Assembly: GCA_010093705.1 (NCBI GenBank)
Contig: MU006098.1
Coordinates: 882,666 to 946,665 of the forward strand
Direction of reading: 5' to 3'
Source: Patellaria atrata CBS 101060
Lineage: Eukaryota
DNA: 64,000 bases
In this document: piece after piece, positions 48,250 to 60,706 of the stretch
Numbering within the stretch: position 1 is the stretch's first letter
How the letters are laid out: each line of letters starts with the position of its first letter
Translations under genes and position numbers: made by a program
Notes under the pieces: generated by a model
Told to the model about the DNA's origin: nothing
The model's database searches: none
The model's input: the letters and a program-made list of their open reading frames with translations, nothing else

Positions 48250-50581
48250 CTAATCACTAACCCCCAACCTCCTGAATATCCCCATTCCTTCCTCCTTCCC
48301 CAAAAACCCTTCCTCCACCATCTCTCCGACCAATCCTCTAAAACCCTCTGCCCCTCCCTTTTTCAGCACCTCAACCCTCTCGCCCTTCCCATCCTCCATT
48401 CCCACCAAAACACCCACAACCTCCGCCTTAACCGCTGCCTCCAACAACAACTCCTCCTCCGTGATCCTCATAACCCCCCTATTCTGATTACTCTGCTGCA
48501 CAGCAAACCTAAACGCACCCCGATACCACACCCCCGCATTCTTGATCAAGACGTCACCATGCTTCCTGTAACCCTCGGAAGCAGTGGGGGACGAAGCGAT
48601 ACGCCAGCGTAGTACCTCAACGTCGCCGCGGGTCAGATATAACGTCACCATATCCGTCGAGCCTTTATCTTGCGCCTTAGCAGCGGCGGTGAGGAGCTCT
48701 TGGGACTTGGAGAGTGCTTTCCAGCGGACTACTGCGGACTGGCCCTGCGCGTCGGGGGTCGGGTCTGAGACATCGGCTACCGCAGCGGCAAATGCGATAA
48801 GGGCGTCTGCGTGGGCGCAGAGTACGTCTGTTTTTGGGGGCGTTGAAGACGAGGGTGAGGAGTTAGTGGTGAGTGATTCGAACGCCTCTGCGATACTGGA
48901 CTGGTACGTCGGGATGTCTGTGAAGCCGCTCCTGAATTCTGCCTCAGCCATCGTGGACATGAAAGTCGCGATGGCGAGGCTGGTCTCTTGTTCTGCTTCC
49001 TGCCGGGGAGAGAGTGGGGGCGCCGTGCCTCCGGACTTAATGGGAGGAGCACTTAAGGAGAGGGAAAGAGAGGGCGTCATCTCTCTTGGTTCGGGTTCAG
49101 GGGGGACAGAGGATAGAAGGGAGATGTAATATGGTATTTTCTGCTTGATCAGTGGCGTTGCTATTTCGAATAGGGTTGCTAGACTATTGTCATGAGCAGG
49201 CATCATAAGAGAGACGAGTGTCGTTAGCGCTGAGAGCGCTGCGATGACTGTTTCCAGCAAGGTAGATGCTGAGACTGGTTCGAGGACTGTGGCCCATTCG
49301 ACCGGTGCCGACGTCTCGGATGAGGTGTCCATGTCTTCGTTGGTGGAAACCTGCTCGGTGCTCTTTGCATCGGGCACGTCGCGGGCTTCCCTTGAGAGCT
49401 CATGCGCATTCATGGCATCCGTCTGCGCTTGGTACTCTGAGAAATCTAGCTCTTGGTGCGCTAGACAAGCAGAGAATAATTCGCCTGCTTCTTGTAAGAG
49501 ACGTATAGCGTTTACTTTCGCGTTTTCATTGGAACGCTTCTCCGTAATTGCTTCGGCGAGAGAGGTGAGGACTTGCCCGGTGTTAAAGAGGATGTCCGCG
49601 TTGTTTTGATCGAGAGAGAGGGCAAAACGGTGCGCACGTAGTGTTTCTTGAAGTAGCTCTTGAGGATTTCCAAGTTGATGAGAGATACGATGATCCTGTG
49701 TGATTTGGTATTGAAGTAGGGCTCTGAGAATTTTGAGCGTTAGAAGAATTGAGTCAGAATGGAGCGAGAATGGAGCCAGAATGGAGCTAGTAAAAGTATG
49801 AAATGACGAATAGAATTAATATCCACTTTAGGACTATTCGAAAGATATCGATACGCTGAGTCGGAATGTTCAAACGTGTATAAACAGCAATAGAAAGGGA
49901 TATGAGATGAAGTTTGCTTTTTTCCTTGTATTTTGATGAAGTGAATATGGCTCTACTTACTTGTTATAAGCCAAATCAAAGCTGACTCCCCATTTCTGCA
50001 ATCCAGCATCATAGATTTCAATAGCTTTCTGAAAGAACCTCATGGCCTTCACAGGATCCCTACGGTTATAGTTAGCTCTGATTATTGAACAAAACCATAA
50101 TGTCCCCTTCACAGCCACCCTTATTATCATCATAGCCCTTTCAGTTTGCTGAACGAATAGATACTGACCCTGCTCTCCACTTCCCACCCGCCTTCTCCAG
50201 TTCATCCGCCGCCTCCAGGAACTCATTCTCGGTCTCCGGTTCCTACTTATCGTCAGCTTAATATGAAGTGTAAACCGAATGTTTAATCTCCTCTGGGTCC
50301 TGGTAGGACAGTAGTAATCGAGTTTTACGCATATTGAACTGGATAAATAGACACTAATTCTTCAAGAGCTTCGTACGAGTGTCCTCATCCAGCTCTTGGA
50401 TTCAGCTGTAAAACATTTCATGGCAATCTCACAGAATTAAAGCTGTCCAAAGCATTTCAAACAAAAAGAAAATAGATAAAAGTGTAATATGACTATTAGG
50501 AGAAAGAAACATAAAAACACTCACCACGCTCTTCTTCTGACCCTTCTTCTTTGGCTTCGGAAACGGATTCGGCTTCGGCAT
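48250..50581 (-). CDS. TPR-like helical repeat protein (UPF0656-like), 4 exons
   Basis: MPKPNPFPKPKKK..|EPETENEFLEAADELEKAGGKWRAG|DPVKAMRFF..SFDLAYNK|ALLQY...NADILFNTGQVLTSLAE joins the 48250-49413 ORF. Confidence 0.8.
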
Positions 50582-51209
50582 ACTTAACACTTCTACTTCT
50601 AGTCTCACCTATTTCGTGCTTGACGAAATTAGAGCGAGCCGTTGTTATTTGTTCCTCGGGAATGAAATAGAGGGATGACTATTGATGCATGATTAATGGA
50701 AAGGTAATGTAAGTGCGTTTCCGGGTAGAACTAGAGCGGGTTTTTGCAGTTGAGGACTGTATACGTACTCCGTACCTCTGTAGATCCAGGAACAGGTTAA
50801 CAAGTTATCTACGACAAATACTCTTGTATATGGGATATTTGAAGTATGTCGTAGTTCTTGCTCAAATGCCCGAAGATTACATGGTAGGCCGAAGAACTCC
50901 GCTCCAGACGAGAGTGTCTTACCAGTAATCAAATAGTCAGTTAAGAAACATCAACGATCACCATACCGTAACATGAAAACACACGTAGTAAATTTAACAT
51001 TTATTTCTTTTAGCTGATGAACTATCTAAACCGAAGTTCGCGCATTAGAACCCGTACAGGAAGTTTTATTTCCACTCTTCACCATCATGTTCCATCCCAA
51101 TTCAGTGATGCCACAAAGACGCCATGAATCTAATGCAAGAAAAGAAAGCCATGACACATTAAGGGGAATCATTAAACAGAACCATTACCCACGTCAATAC
51201 GCTTCTCGC

Positions 51210-53364
51210 CTAGTCAACCTCTTCCATGGCACTCTCACCGGCCGCCTCTGCTGGTGCGTCCGCGGCCTTCTCCTCTGCGGTCTCAACCTCCTCGTCGACG
51301 TTCAGACCGAGAGATACGAGCTTGTGGATGCGCTCAGCAAAGGCAACGGGTTCGTCAATGGTGAAGCCAGAGACGAGAAGAGAAGTCTCGTAGAGAAGTT
51401 GGGTGATAGACTTAACGGTGCGGTCATCCTCACCATCGGCCTCAACCTTGCGCTTGAGCTCCTTGATGATGGGAGACTTGGGGGAGATTTCGAAGGTCTT
51501 CTTCGAGGACATGTAAGATGACATAGAGGTGTCACGAAGTGCTTGAGCCTTCATAATACGCTCCATGTTGGCAGACCAACCGAATTGGCCTGTACGGATG
51601 GCACAAGGAGAGCCGACAAGCTTGTGGCTGACGACAACCTTCTCAACCTTGTCGCCCAGAACGTTCTTCAAGCTCTTAGCAAGGCTCTCAAACTCCTTCT
51701 CCTCGGCCTCGCGAGCCTTCTTCTCCTCTTCGGTCTCCTCGAGTTCGAAATCCTTAGTGATGTCGACGAGCTTCTTGCCATCGAACTCCTTGAGTTGAGT
51801 GAAGGCATACTCATCAATAGGATCAACAAGGAAAAGGACTTCGAAGCCCTTCTCCTTCAAGGTGTCTAGGAATGGTGACTTCGCAACAGCCTTGAGTGAT
51901 TCACCAGTGATGTAGTACATCTGCTTCTGGTGCTCCGGCATACGAGTAATATAGTCGGTAAGAGAGGTGGTTTCGTCACCAGACTTGGTGGAGCTGAAGC
52001 GGAGCAGCTTAGCAAGAGACTGGCGGTTCTGAGAGTCCTCGTGGATGCCAAGCTTGATGTTCTTGCTGAAGGCGGTGTAGAACTTGTCGAACTGTTCGCG
52101 GTCCTCGGCAATCTCATTGAATAGTTCCAAGGTCTTCTTGACAATGTTCTTGCGGATGACCTTCATGATCTTGTTCTGCTGAAGGGTCTCACGAGACAAG
52201 TTCAATGGAAGATCCTCAGAATCTACAACGCCCTTGACGAAGCTAAGCCACTCAGGAATGAGGTCGGTAGCATCATCAGTAATGAAAACACGACGGACGT
52301 AAAGCTTGATGTTGTTCTTGGTCTTCTTAGTCTCAAAGAGATCGAATGGGGCGCGCTTAGGAACGAAAAGGATCGCACGGAATTCAAGCTGACCTTCAAC
52401 GGAGAAGTGCTTGACGGCAAGGTGGTCTTCCCAGTCGTTTGACAGAGACTTGTAAAATGCGGCGTACTCCTCCTGATTGATATCTTGAGGATTCCTTGTC
52501 CAGATTGGCTTGGTCTTGTTGAGCTCTTCCTCCTCGATTGAGCTCTCCTTGACCTTCTTAGTCTTCTTCTTCTTTTCTTCCTCCTCGTCATCTACCTCCT
52601 CGACCTTTGGCTTCTTCTCGTCGCCCTCCTCGACCTCTTCGGCGTCCTCGTCAGGGACTTCCTTCTCAGTCTCTTTGACGACATGAAGGTAGATGGGGTA
52701 GGAGATGAATTCGGAGTGCTTCTTGACAACCTCCTTGATCTTGCTCTCGTTGAGGTAGTCAGTCTGCTCGTCCTTGAGGTGGAGGATCATCTTAGTGCCA
52801 CGACCGAGTTGCTCGCCCTCGGTATCCTGAGTGAGGGTAAAAGTACCGCCAGCGCTCGACTCCCAGACGTATTGCTCATCATCGTTGTGCTTTGAGATAA
52901 CGGTGACTTTGTCTGCAACGAGGTATGCGGAGTAGAAACCGACACCGAATTGACCAATCATGGAAATATCAGCACCAGCAGTCAACGCCTCCATAAACTG
53001 CTTAGTACCTGAACGGGCAATTGTACCAAGGTTGTTGACCAAATCCTGAATTAATTTTAGTATAACTCGTCAAGTTAATATGATTTCATGCAGAGTCACT
53101 TACAGCCTTGGTCATACCAATACCGGTATCCCGGATGATGAGTGTCTTCGCCTCCTTGTTGGGGATGATGTCAATACGAAGGTCTTTTCCCGAATCTAGG
53201 ACGCTTGGGTCCGAAAGGGACATGTAGCGGATCTTGTCCAATGCATCGGAGGCGTTGGAGATCAATTCTCTCAAGAAGATCTCCTTATTCGAGTAGACGG
53301 TGTTGATGATGAGAGAAAGGAGCTGAGAGATCTCAGCTTGAAACTCGAATGTCTCGCTCGCCAT
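51210..53364 (-). CDS. HSP90: Heat shock protein 90; one coding intron (53103-53047) and a probable 5'UTR intron (~53514-53390)
   Basis: [44 protein letters not shown] and terminal MEEVD; strong codon bias. Confidence 0.99.
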
Positions 53365-53702
53365 TTTGATAGAGGATGTGATGAGAGAACTGTAGGAAGG
53401 ACAAGTTAGCAAATGGGTTTCAAGTTGTATATATGGACCTTGACAGCGGAAGTGACAGTCCTTCTAGTCAACTGTCATATGCTTCATACTCAAGGTGCAG
53501 GCTGTGTTGCTTACCTTTTGAAGATGTAGGATTGTTCAAGCTTCCCGTATTCCAAGAAAACCCTTAAGGTGCAGGTGGTGGAGTCAAGAGTGAGATTATT
53601 GAAAATTGGAGAAGAGGAAAGAAAATTTGTGAGGGAGAGGGTTTTTATTTCTCAATGGAGGCTGGAGCATCCATGGAGGCACCGACTGCAGCAGAGAGCA
53701 AA

Positions 53703-53727
53703 CGAACTTTCTACGACTTTCTGCGAC
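53703..53727. promoter_or_regulatory. Heat-shock-element-like array upstream of HSP90
   Basis: cGAActTTCtaCGActTTCtgCGAc has 5-nt-phased nGAAn/nTTCn units, ~60 bp upstream of an ATAAAAA TATA-like box (minus strand, ~53642-53648). Confidence 0.6.
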
Positions 53728-54470
53728 TTGGTCAAAGCTCCCACAGCCTCGCTAAATTTTGTTTGAACTACATGGAAACTCCATAAGGCTGTACATTCTT
53801 ACTTATTCTTTTATTTTCTCTGCTTTTTTCGATAATTTTCTTTTATTCCGAGCTACCAAATGAATAGCTACTGTACGGAGTACTGTGCACTACAAAATGG
53901 TTCTTTGTCTGGGTTGAGGAGTAAACAGTGATGATAAGGTACGGAGTACATCCTTTACGGTACTTACCGTATAATTGTCTTTGGAAAACGCGCTTGACTC
54001 TGCAGTATGCAAACCGAGTAGTTTGTACAAAATGATTGTAAGCTATACGGACGCTTGAACCATGTATCGTCCGCTTTACTGTATGAGTCCTGCTGGAAGG
54101 CGTCTTAAGACGCCATAGACAGTGCCTCAGTTTCAATATCCACCTTAAGTAGTATGTTCCAAGTACCACCAACCCATTGCCCACTTAAGTTTCTTCTGAA
54201 ATGGTCAAAATCTTACTCTTGATAATTGTATCTCTTTAGACATGCAAATCCTAGTGTATTACTTCCTTCAGTACTATCCAGAATTCAACAACATCTCTTA
54301 TCCACTACCAGCTTATTCCAATGCCAAGCTTCCAGTATAGTACAAACCCATGCACGAGACCAACCTTCATAGCTACAGCATCTCTCAACTATCTCTTCAA
54401 CCCGTCTCGTCAACTACATAGCTCATGTAGTCGCACCATGGTATTCAGTCACTCCTTCCTTCACACTGGT

Positions 54471-56282
54471 TTACTCCTCCATGTTGACATCTTCTTCCTC
54501 GTCGTTCTCACCTTGCATACTTTCTATCGCGGGGCTATCAGCTGGAGAAGTTCCAGCCAGTGTACCTTCCAACGCAGTATCCCCGACGGAAACACTCCTT
54601 ACCAATGGACTCTCCCTCTTGGGCCTCCCTCTCCTCCTTCCACCCACGCTCCCATCCCTGTTTGTCCCCAGCGTAGTCTTTCGCGGGGATTTTCGGGGAG
54701 CACTAATTCTCGGGCTACCTCCGAGCTCACTCCCCCCTCTCAGCCTCGCAATTCTCCCACTAATCCTCCTCGACGGCGTTCTCCCATCCTCAGTCTTCAG
54801 CTCTGTGAACCTCTTTCCGAGGTTCCTCCAGCCCGCACCTGGTTGAGCAGCTTCGCGCTCCTCGCGATCCCAGAATTCGTCCCAGAACTCGGTTGTTATG
54901 AGGGGTGAGCCGCGAGGTCTGGGTCCCGCGCCCGGTGTCTCTAATGTTCCTGGGGAAAGTGGGGAAGGGACGGAGGTTGCGAGAGGAAGGGACTTACCGT
55001 GGGTTAGTGGCATGGTGGTGGGTGATGGGGGCGCTGAAGCTTCATCGTGGTGCGAATCTTCAATGTCGTCATTGCTGTCGCTGGCATTTTCACCGCCATC
55101 ATCCTTCTTGTTGTCTTCCGCCAAGTCATCCGATTCCAGAGCTGGTCGTTGCGGGTTCTCCCAAAGCGGACCCACACCGTCCCTCATAACCTTTCTCATC
55201 AACCAGCCCAATCCACCTTCAGGGCCACTCGTACAAATCGGCCTCCTCGTCTTCAAATCCTCAACTGATTTCTTCCTCTCGTTTGCCTTACGCCTGTTCC
55301 AGAGTTTAGCCAAAGCGTTATGGCGGGGGACCATTGTGTTGTACGCTGGTGTTTCGGCGTTATACGCTGTGATGGCTGCACGGATGATGTTCAGTCTAGC
55401 GCTGACAAGATCAAGGGGACCTTGGGGATTGAGCACTGAAGGGGCGATGGTAGTAGGATTATCATCGGCAGGATTACGCGTTGCGGTTACGGTTTCGGTG
55501 GTGAGATTGATTATGGGGTTTGTGGACGTAGAGGACTCCCCAATGTGAGAGTACGCACCCTGAATCGCAAGATCCGGGCCGGTAGTCCTACAAGAGCCAA
55601 TATCCTCGACATCCTCATCTTCGATCTCAATGTCTTTACCCTGTTGAAGCCCAAGGGTAAGGTAGGGTGTAAGCGACATGCTGGTATCTACCCTATTTCC
55701 ACCGGCCTTCGGAGATGGATCTTGGGTACGTCGCTGAGGGACACCTCCTTCTATAACTGTATTTTGGTTTAAGGCGTAAGTAGGCCCTTTACGCGGCATC
55801 ACGCCAACAGTCTTCCGCCCGTAGGAATCAACAGCCACTCGCCCGTAAGCGTACGGTTGCCAACCCCGAGATGCGATACCAGAACCATGTAACGGTGCAT
55901 GAGGAGGTGGATCTGCCCTTATGCTTGCGTTAGTCGGTGTGGTATCCACGGTTAAAAATGGTGCCTGAGCTTTCTGTCTACCGATTCTAAGGCCAGAGTT
56001 CGAAAGGGGAGGCGGGTAAGGATACACGCTCACGCGTAACGCAGACACGGTGGCGTCCGCGTTGGCTGATGTAGGTTGGCCGTTGAGGTTGCGGTTGGAG
56101 TTTGAAGATAAAAAGGTGGGCATGTTAACGGTTCGTCCGTCGTACGCGTAGGGTCTTTGAACATAGGTTCCGAGTGCTGAAGATAGCGTTGCTCGAGGGC
56201 TTCCGTCTAGGTTTGGGGTTGACGCTGAATTGTGGTTCGGGTTTAGAGGAGAGGGTTTGTGAGTCCGTCGTGTCGGTGGCAT
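54471..56282 (-). CDS. Hypothetical low-complexity protein, 603 aa, with an AT-hook-like RRRGRPKR motif
   Basis: Long ATG-initiated intronless ORF, P/S/T-rich with basic and acidic patches; no family recognised. Confidence 0.7.
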   Translation of the reverse strand: MPPTRRTHKPSPLNPNHNSASTPNLDGSPRATLSSALGTYVQRPYAYDGRTVNMPTFLSSNSNRNLNGQPTSANADATVSALRVSVYPYPPPLSNSGLRIGRQKAQAPFLTVDTTPTNASIRADPPPHAPLHGSGIASRGWQPYAYGRVAVDSYGRKTVGVMPRKGPTYALNQNTVIEGGVPQRRTQDPSPKAGGNRVDTSMSLTPYLTLGLQQGKDIEIEDEDVEDIGSCRTTGPDLAIQGAYSHIGESSTSTNPIINLTTETVTATRNPADDNPTTIAPSVLNPQGPLDLVSARLNIIRAAITAYNAETPAYNTMVPRHNALAKLWNRRKANERKKSVEDLKTRRPICTSGPEGGLGWLMRKVMRDGVGPLWENPQRPALESDDLAEDNKKDDGGENASDSNDDIEDSHHDEASAPPSPTTMPLTHGKSLPLATSVPSPLSPGTLETPGAGPRPRGSPLITTEFWDEFWDREEREAAQPGAGWRNLGKRFTELKTEDGRTPSRRISGRIARLRGGSELGGSPRISAPRKSPRKTTLGTNRDGSVGGRRRGRPKRESPLVRSVSVGDTALEGTLAGTSPADSPAIESMQGENDEEEDVNMEE

Positions 56283-57542
56283 GATTGAAGCTTGGGTGTA
56301 TCTGATGGTTCTTGAGGTGTCTTGTCGTTATAGTTATGTGTGTTGTGGTGGTCGAGACGATGACTGACGTTGAGGCTCGCGAATGGAAAGAGGATGGAGG
56401 TGGCGGCTCCATCGCGTTTGTGTTTGTTTGTTTTGTAGTTTGGAGCATGTGAAGGTGTTATTCTGAATGTGAAGTAAGGTAGTGAATGTCAAGTGTTGTT
56501 ACTTGGAAATGTGATGACGTCGCAGGAGTGTGACTTTTGGTGTCGGGTCATCATGTGATTATCGACATAGTGAATGTCAAGGGAATAAGAATGGTGTACT
56601 ATAGACGACATCAGAAGGAGGACAGTATTATGGACCTCATAGTCTGGGATGGAAAGAGGAGACAGATTACCAACCTCGACTGTCACTTTACACGAGCCTT
56701 ACGCGGCAAATGACTCCAAGAGGAACGAGGGTATGAATTCAATAATATTCGGTATCATGACTATAAATCCCTTAGGTGGGACACCAACCCGCCAACCCTC
56801 CAGGCCACGAGTTCCACTCTTTTACGCCAGCCAGCCATCCATCCATATTTGTTCACCGTTAAGGTTTCTCTTCGGCAAGGAAATCCATAGTTGTTACAAC
56901 AATGCTTGATAACGCTCCGTCCTCATTCTCCTTAAGCAAGGACTCTATCCGCCATCGTAGAAGAGTTAAAAGAATTTATCCATACAGCGACGCGTGACTC
57001 CTTATCAAAACAGACAAAGTGCAACATCTTTCAAGAGTCCATGTCAACAGGAAGAATAAGGGGGCCAAAAATACATTTCCTTCGTAAGTCAATGCAGGAT
57101 CATAGTCACCGCACGAGAGTGCGCAAAGGAAAATAGAGAACGCACTGACAGGAGATCGAGGAGATAAGAAGTGAAGAGGATATATGCAACCTATCGCCCA
57201 TGATCATACGTGATGAATTTTGCTTGAGAACTGAACGCGGCCAATGCGTAAAGAGGTGAGGTATGGAGAGAACTCTCAAAGCGCCAGACACCAGTATAGA
57301 AAATGGACAGAGAGACCTTTTGAGACGCCGAACTCGCCTTAAGAGGAAAGATATGAAAACGATAAGAATTGAGACGATGCCTTGGACCATTTAAGGTTTG
57401 AAGGGGTAGGATAAGGCTATGATACTGGTATGGAGAATATCGTGAAAGCGACGATGCGTAAGAAACCTATCCCGCCATGGCGAAGCATCGGAAAATGTTG
57501 CAACGGTATTGAGAAGTGGAGTTGCGTCCTCGTTATTACTGT

Positions 57543-60500
57543 TTATTTTTCCATGGACCTTGCTTCTTGTTGTTCAACGCTCGCATCGCTCTCTTTCGAA
57601 CTGCTGGTTAATGTCTGCGCTCGATTATCGCTTTTCCACCTTCGCTTCCAGAATTGCCGAAATCTACTCGATCGGCTTTTTGCATCCGGTATGTCATCAC
57701 TAGTAGCATTTCCCACAACTGCAGTCACATAATCTGTTCTCTCGCCAGTTTTAGCTTGTCTTTTCTCTTTACGCCATCCCGACATGCGCTTGTCCAAAGG
57801 CAGAACCTTTCCTGGCGGTAAGCGGTCTGATGTGGTATCTGAATGTAGAGCCCAACCACGGCCTTCATTACGAGCAGTATGAGGCCGGAGATCTGTTCCG
57901 GCTAGTGAATCTACATGGTGTGCGCCAGTTGTTCCATTCATGTACTGGTTGGATAATTCGACATCTGACTTGCTCTTATCTAAACTGGGCGACGAATAAG
58001 TCCCATCAAAAGTCTCAATGGGGCGGGACTTCGTACTACGTTCCGGTGAATGAGTACCACTCACTGGATGATTTTTCTCCTTTTTCTTCTTGTCTGAAGG
58101 TCCCGAATTTCGAGTAACCAGAATCGCCGTTATCGATGCGTCTGCACTGCCGCGACGGGACTGGTTGTTGCCATCGACACTGCCGCGTTTCGCAGCTGCT
58201 GAAGAACGACGCGAGGTCATGTCAGTCGACGTCGGTTGACCAAGGGATGACCGTCGTGATGAAGATGCGGCTGGGTGGAACTGTGCGGGCGATCCCAGAG
58301 AAGATCTGCGAGAAGATTGCTCTGAGCCAGCGACCTGGGAGAGTGGGTGGATGGGTACTTCGATTACAGGCATGGGGTCCGAATGTGACTTCCCAGCATC
58401 TCGCTTGGTCAAGTCGGGCTGACTAGACATTGGAGAAGGTTGTCCGTCGTGGTGAAAGTCAGTACCAAGGAAATGCCCTAGCATTTTTGACTTCCTTTCT
58501 TTCTCCGTGTCAATCTTACTCTCCCAGATATTCTTGTTCCTTATAATTTCCTCTATGCTAAAATGCATCGCCGGTAGTATTTGCGTTATCGCTTCGAAAA
58601 GTGGGCGCGCGAAGATGTTCATGAAACCAATCTGTGATTCACCCATCTTAATGATGTTATCACGAATGGGTGGACCACCGAAGAGACAGGATTTCATGTT
58701 GAGCGCTTCCTCCATTGCACCCTGGTTCGAGAACTCATCTGTGAGTATGGAAGCCCATTGCGCAGCAGTATCGAATTTGCGAGCCTGTAGATAATTAGTG
58801 ATGTTCACCCACGTGGGATCGTCTGACTTACCACATTGCAAATATCGGCGCATTTGATGAGAAGACCACAGGTAAGGTCTTTGTATTCTTCTAGCTGCTT
58901 TAAGTTAAAACCATCCAAAACATTACCATTATGCGCAAGTTTTGACTGCAGATTGCCTAGGTCCGTCATATACTTGAAGTGTAGGCCCATATCCGTGGCA
59001 AGAATAGAGTTAATCATGAGTTTCCTCATATCAGCGTCAGCGAAGACACTGGGCCAATACCTCCTCAGTATTTGAGAATATGCGGCGCAATGGAAGGATT
59101 CTAGCACGGATCGGTCGTTATAAAGTTGAGCTAATGGTGAGTTGAGAGCGACCAAGAAGGCATTGTTGACTCCTGGATGGCCAACATCATGACCGATAGC
59201 GGATATGAGTAATGTTAGAGCTTCGAAGGGTTTTAGTAGAGTTGCAATAGCAGACGAAGAACGTTTTACGGGTGAGCTGCCGTCCGGATAGGGCGGTAAG
59301 CTCCCAATCGACACTAGAAAGAAGAATAGCGCTTGTAAGACATCAGTGACGTGACGAAAGTTGTGATACAGGACGAATTCGTTGTATGCCATGCGGCTAG
59401 ACATGAGAAAAATTATAAGGTCGCCTGCAGTTTCACGTTAGTTAAGGAAGATGCCGTGGAAAGATAGGCGGTCTTACCTTCACCCAACCTCCATTTCTCG
59501 AGCTCTGGCATTCGAAGAGCATGTTGAAGCATGAGAAGCGCGCCATACAGCAATTCATCGTCTGTGTAATCATGGGCCGAGAATTCCCACGTTCCCACTG
59601 CGCGGGCAACAGCTGCTTTCCGTTCAGGGGTAACCTCAATGTCGCTTTTAACTAATCAGTAATAAAATCATAAAGCGCATTCAGCTGGAACCTACTTTGG
59701 ATCCAGTGACTCTCCAACAGTTTCTGGGTTGCATATTCCCGTCATCAAATTCGAGACCATCGCTTCTCTCAGATACGCATACGGCTTACTGTCATCGACA
59801 CCAACCCATGACAGCTTTCTCTTGCGTTTCGTAGCGAGGAAGCTTGAATCTTCTCGTGAGGCCTCCTTCCAGACTCTATACGCGTGCACGGCCAGCCCTT
59901 GGACATGGTCTTTGGACAACGGGCTAGTCAACACATCTACGGCTCCAGCATCTAAATAGCGCACGATTCTAACAGTATCACCTGAAGCTTGAGATCCATA
60001 AAGGCCAGGTGAAGGTGAAGTAGGTATTGCCCAACCTCGGTCGAAACCGCTAAGGATAACGATTGGAACGACCAGTTTAGATAAATTCCGTTGCTGAATT
60101 TCGGACGAAACATGAAGGAGAAGATGTAAGCCGTAGAGGTCGTCAAGCTCACCTGAATCGGTCAAGGTTGGTTTTCTGGAGGATACAGGGGAATGGGTTC
60201 GGGGCTCTCTGGATAGGCGCTTTAAACGTTGTTCTTCGTCATATGGTACATCGATAAGCACGATGGTCGGGGTGAGATCGCTCGCGGTATCATGTAGTTG
60301 AGTGATTTTTGATAGACATGATGAGCCCGATCCGAAAACGTGCACTAAACAATGAGTTAAATATGACTAGCAAAAGACAAAGGAAAAGGAACGGTCATAC
60401 CTTCGTTGAACAACGATAATATCATATCTATATTTGACTGCAACTCCTCGGATTGCGTTTTCCCAGAATTGAAATATCCAGAACCCTCTAGGGTGCTGCT

Positions 60501-60605
60501 CTGGGGTGAGCCGGACACTAAAGTGGAAGCTGAATCTTTCCGGACAAGTGCTTCCTTCGCACGCTTATCGAGATAGATGACATTGCAAGCTCCATGATCC
60601 ATCAT
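57543..60605 (-). CDS. PDE2: High-affinity class I cAMP phosphodiesterase (Pde2/PdeH type), 5 exons
   Basis: YHNFRHVTDV, HDVGHPGVNN, SVLESFH, ILATDM, LIKCADI and EFSNQG..E motifs; N-terminal receiver-like region (YLDAGAVDVLTSPLS); Ser-rich tail. Confidence 0.95.
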
Positions 60606-60706
60606 CTTCTCTCGAAATATACAGAAGATGCCGATATCGGTGCCGCAAAAGACCTCCTCGACGAGGCCAATTTGATTGTTCCCACAGCCAGAGTGTGATA
60701 TCGCAT
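60602..60706 (-). other. Candidate 34-codon uORF whose TGA overlaps the PDE start (ATGATG)
   Basis: MRYHTLAVGTIKLASSRRSFAAPISASSVYFERR*; the only minus-strand ATG between 60606 and ~61376. Confidence 0.5.

Noticed and set aside
51087..52895. Several antisense and alternate-frame ORFs over HSP90 (likewise over the GH64, LPMO and TPR genes)
   Set aside because: Expected shadows of strong codon bias in the real genes; no independent motifs.
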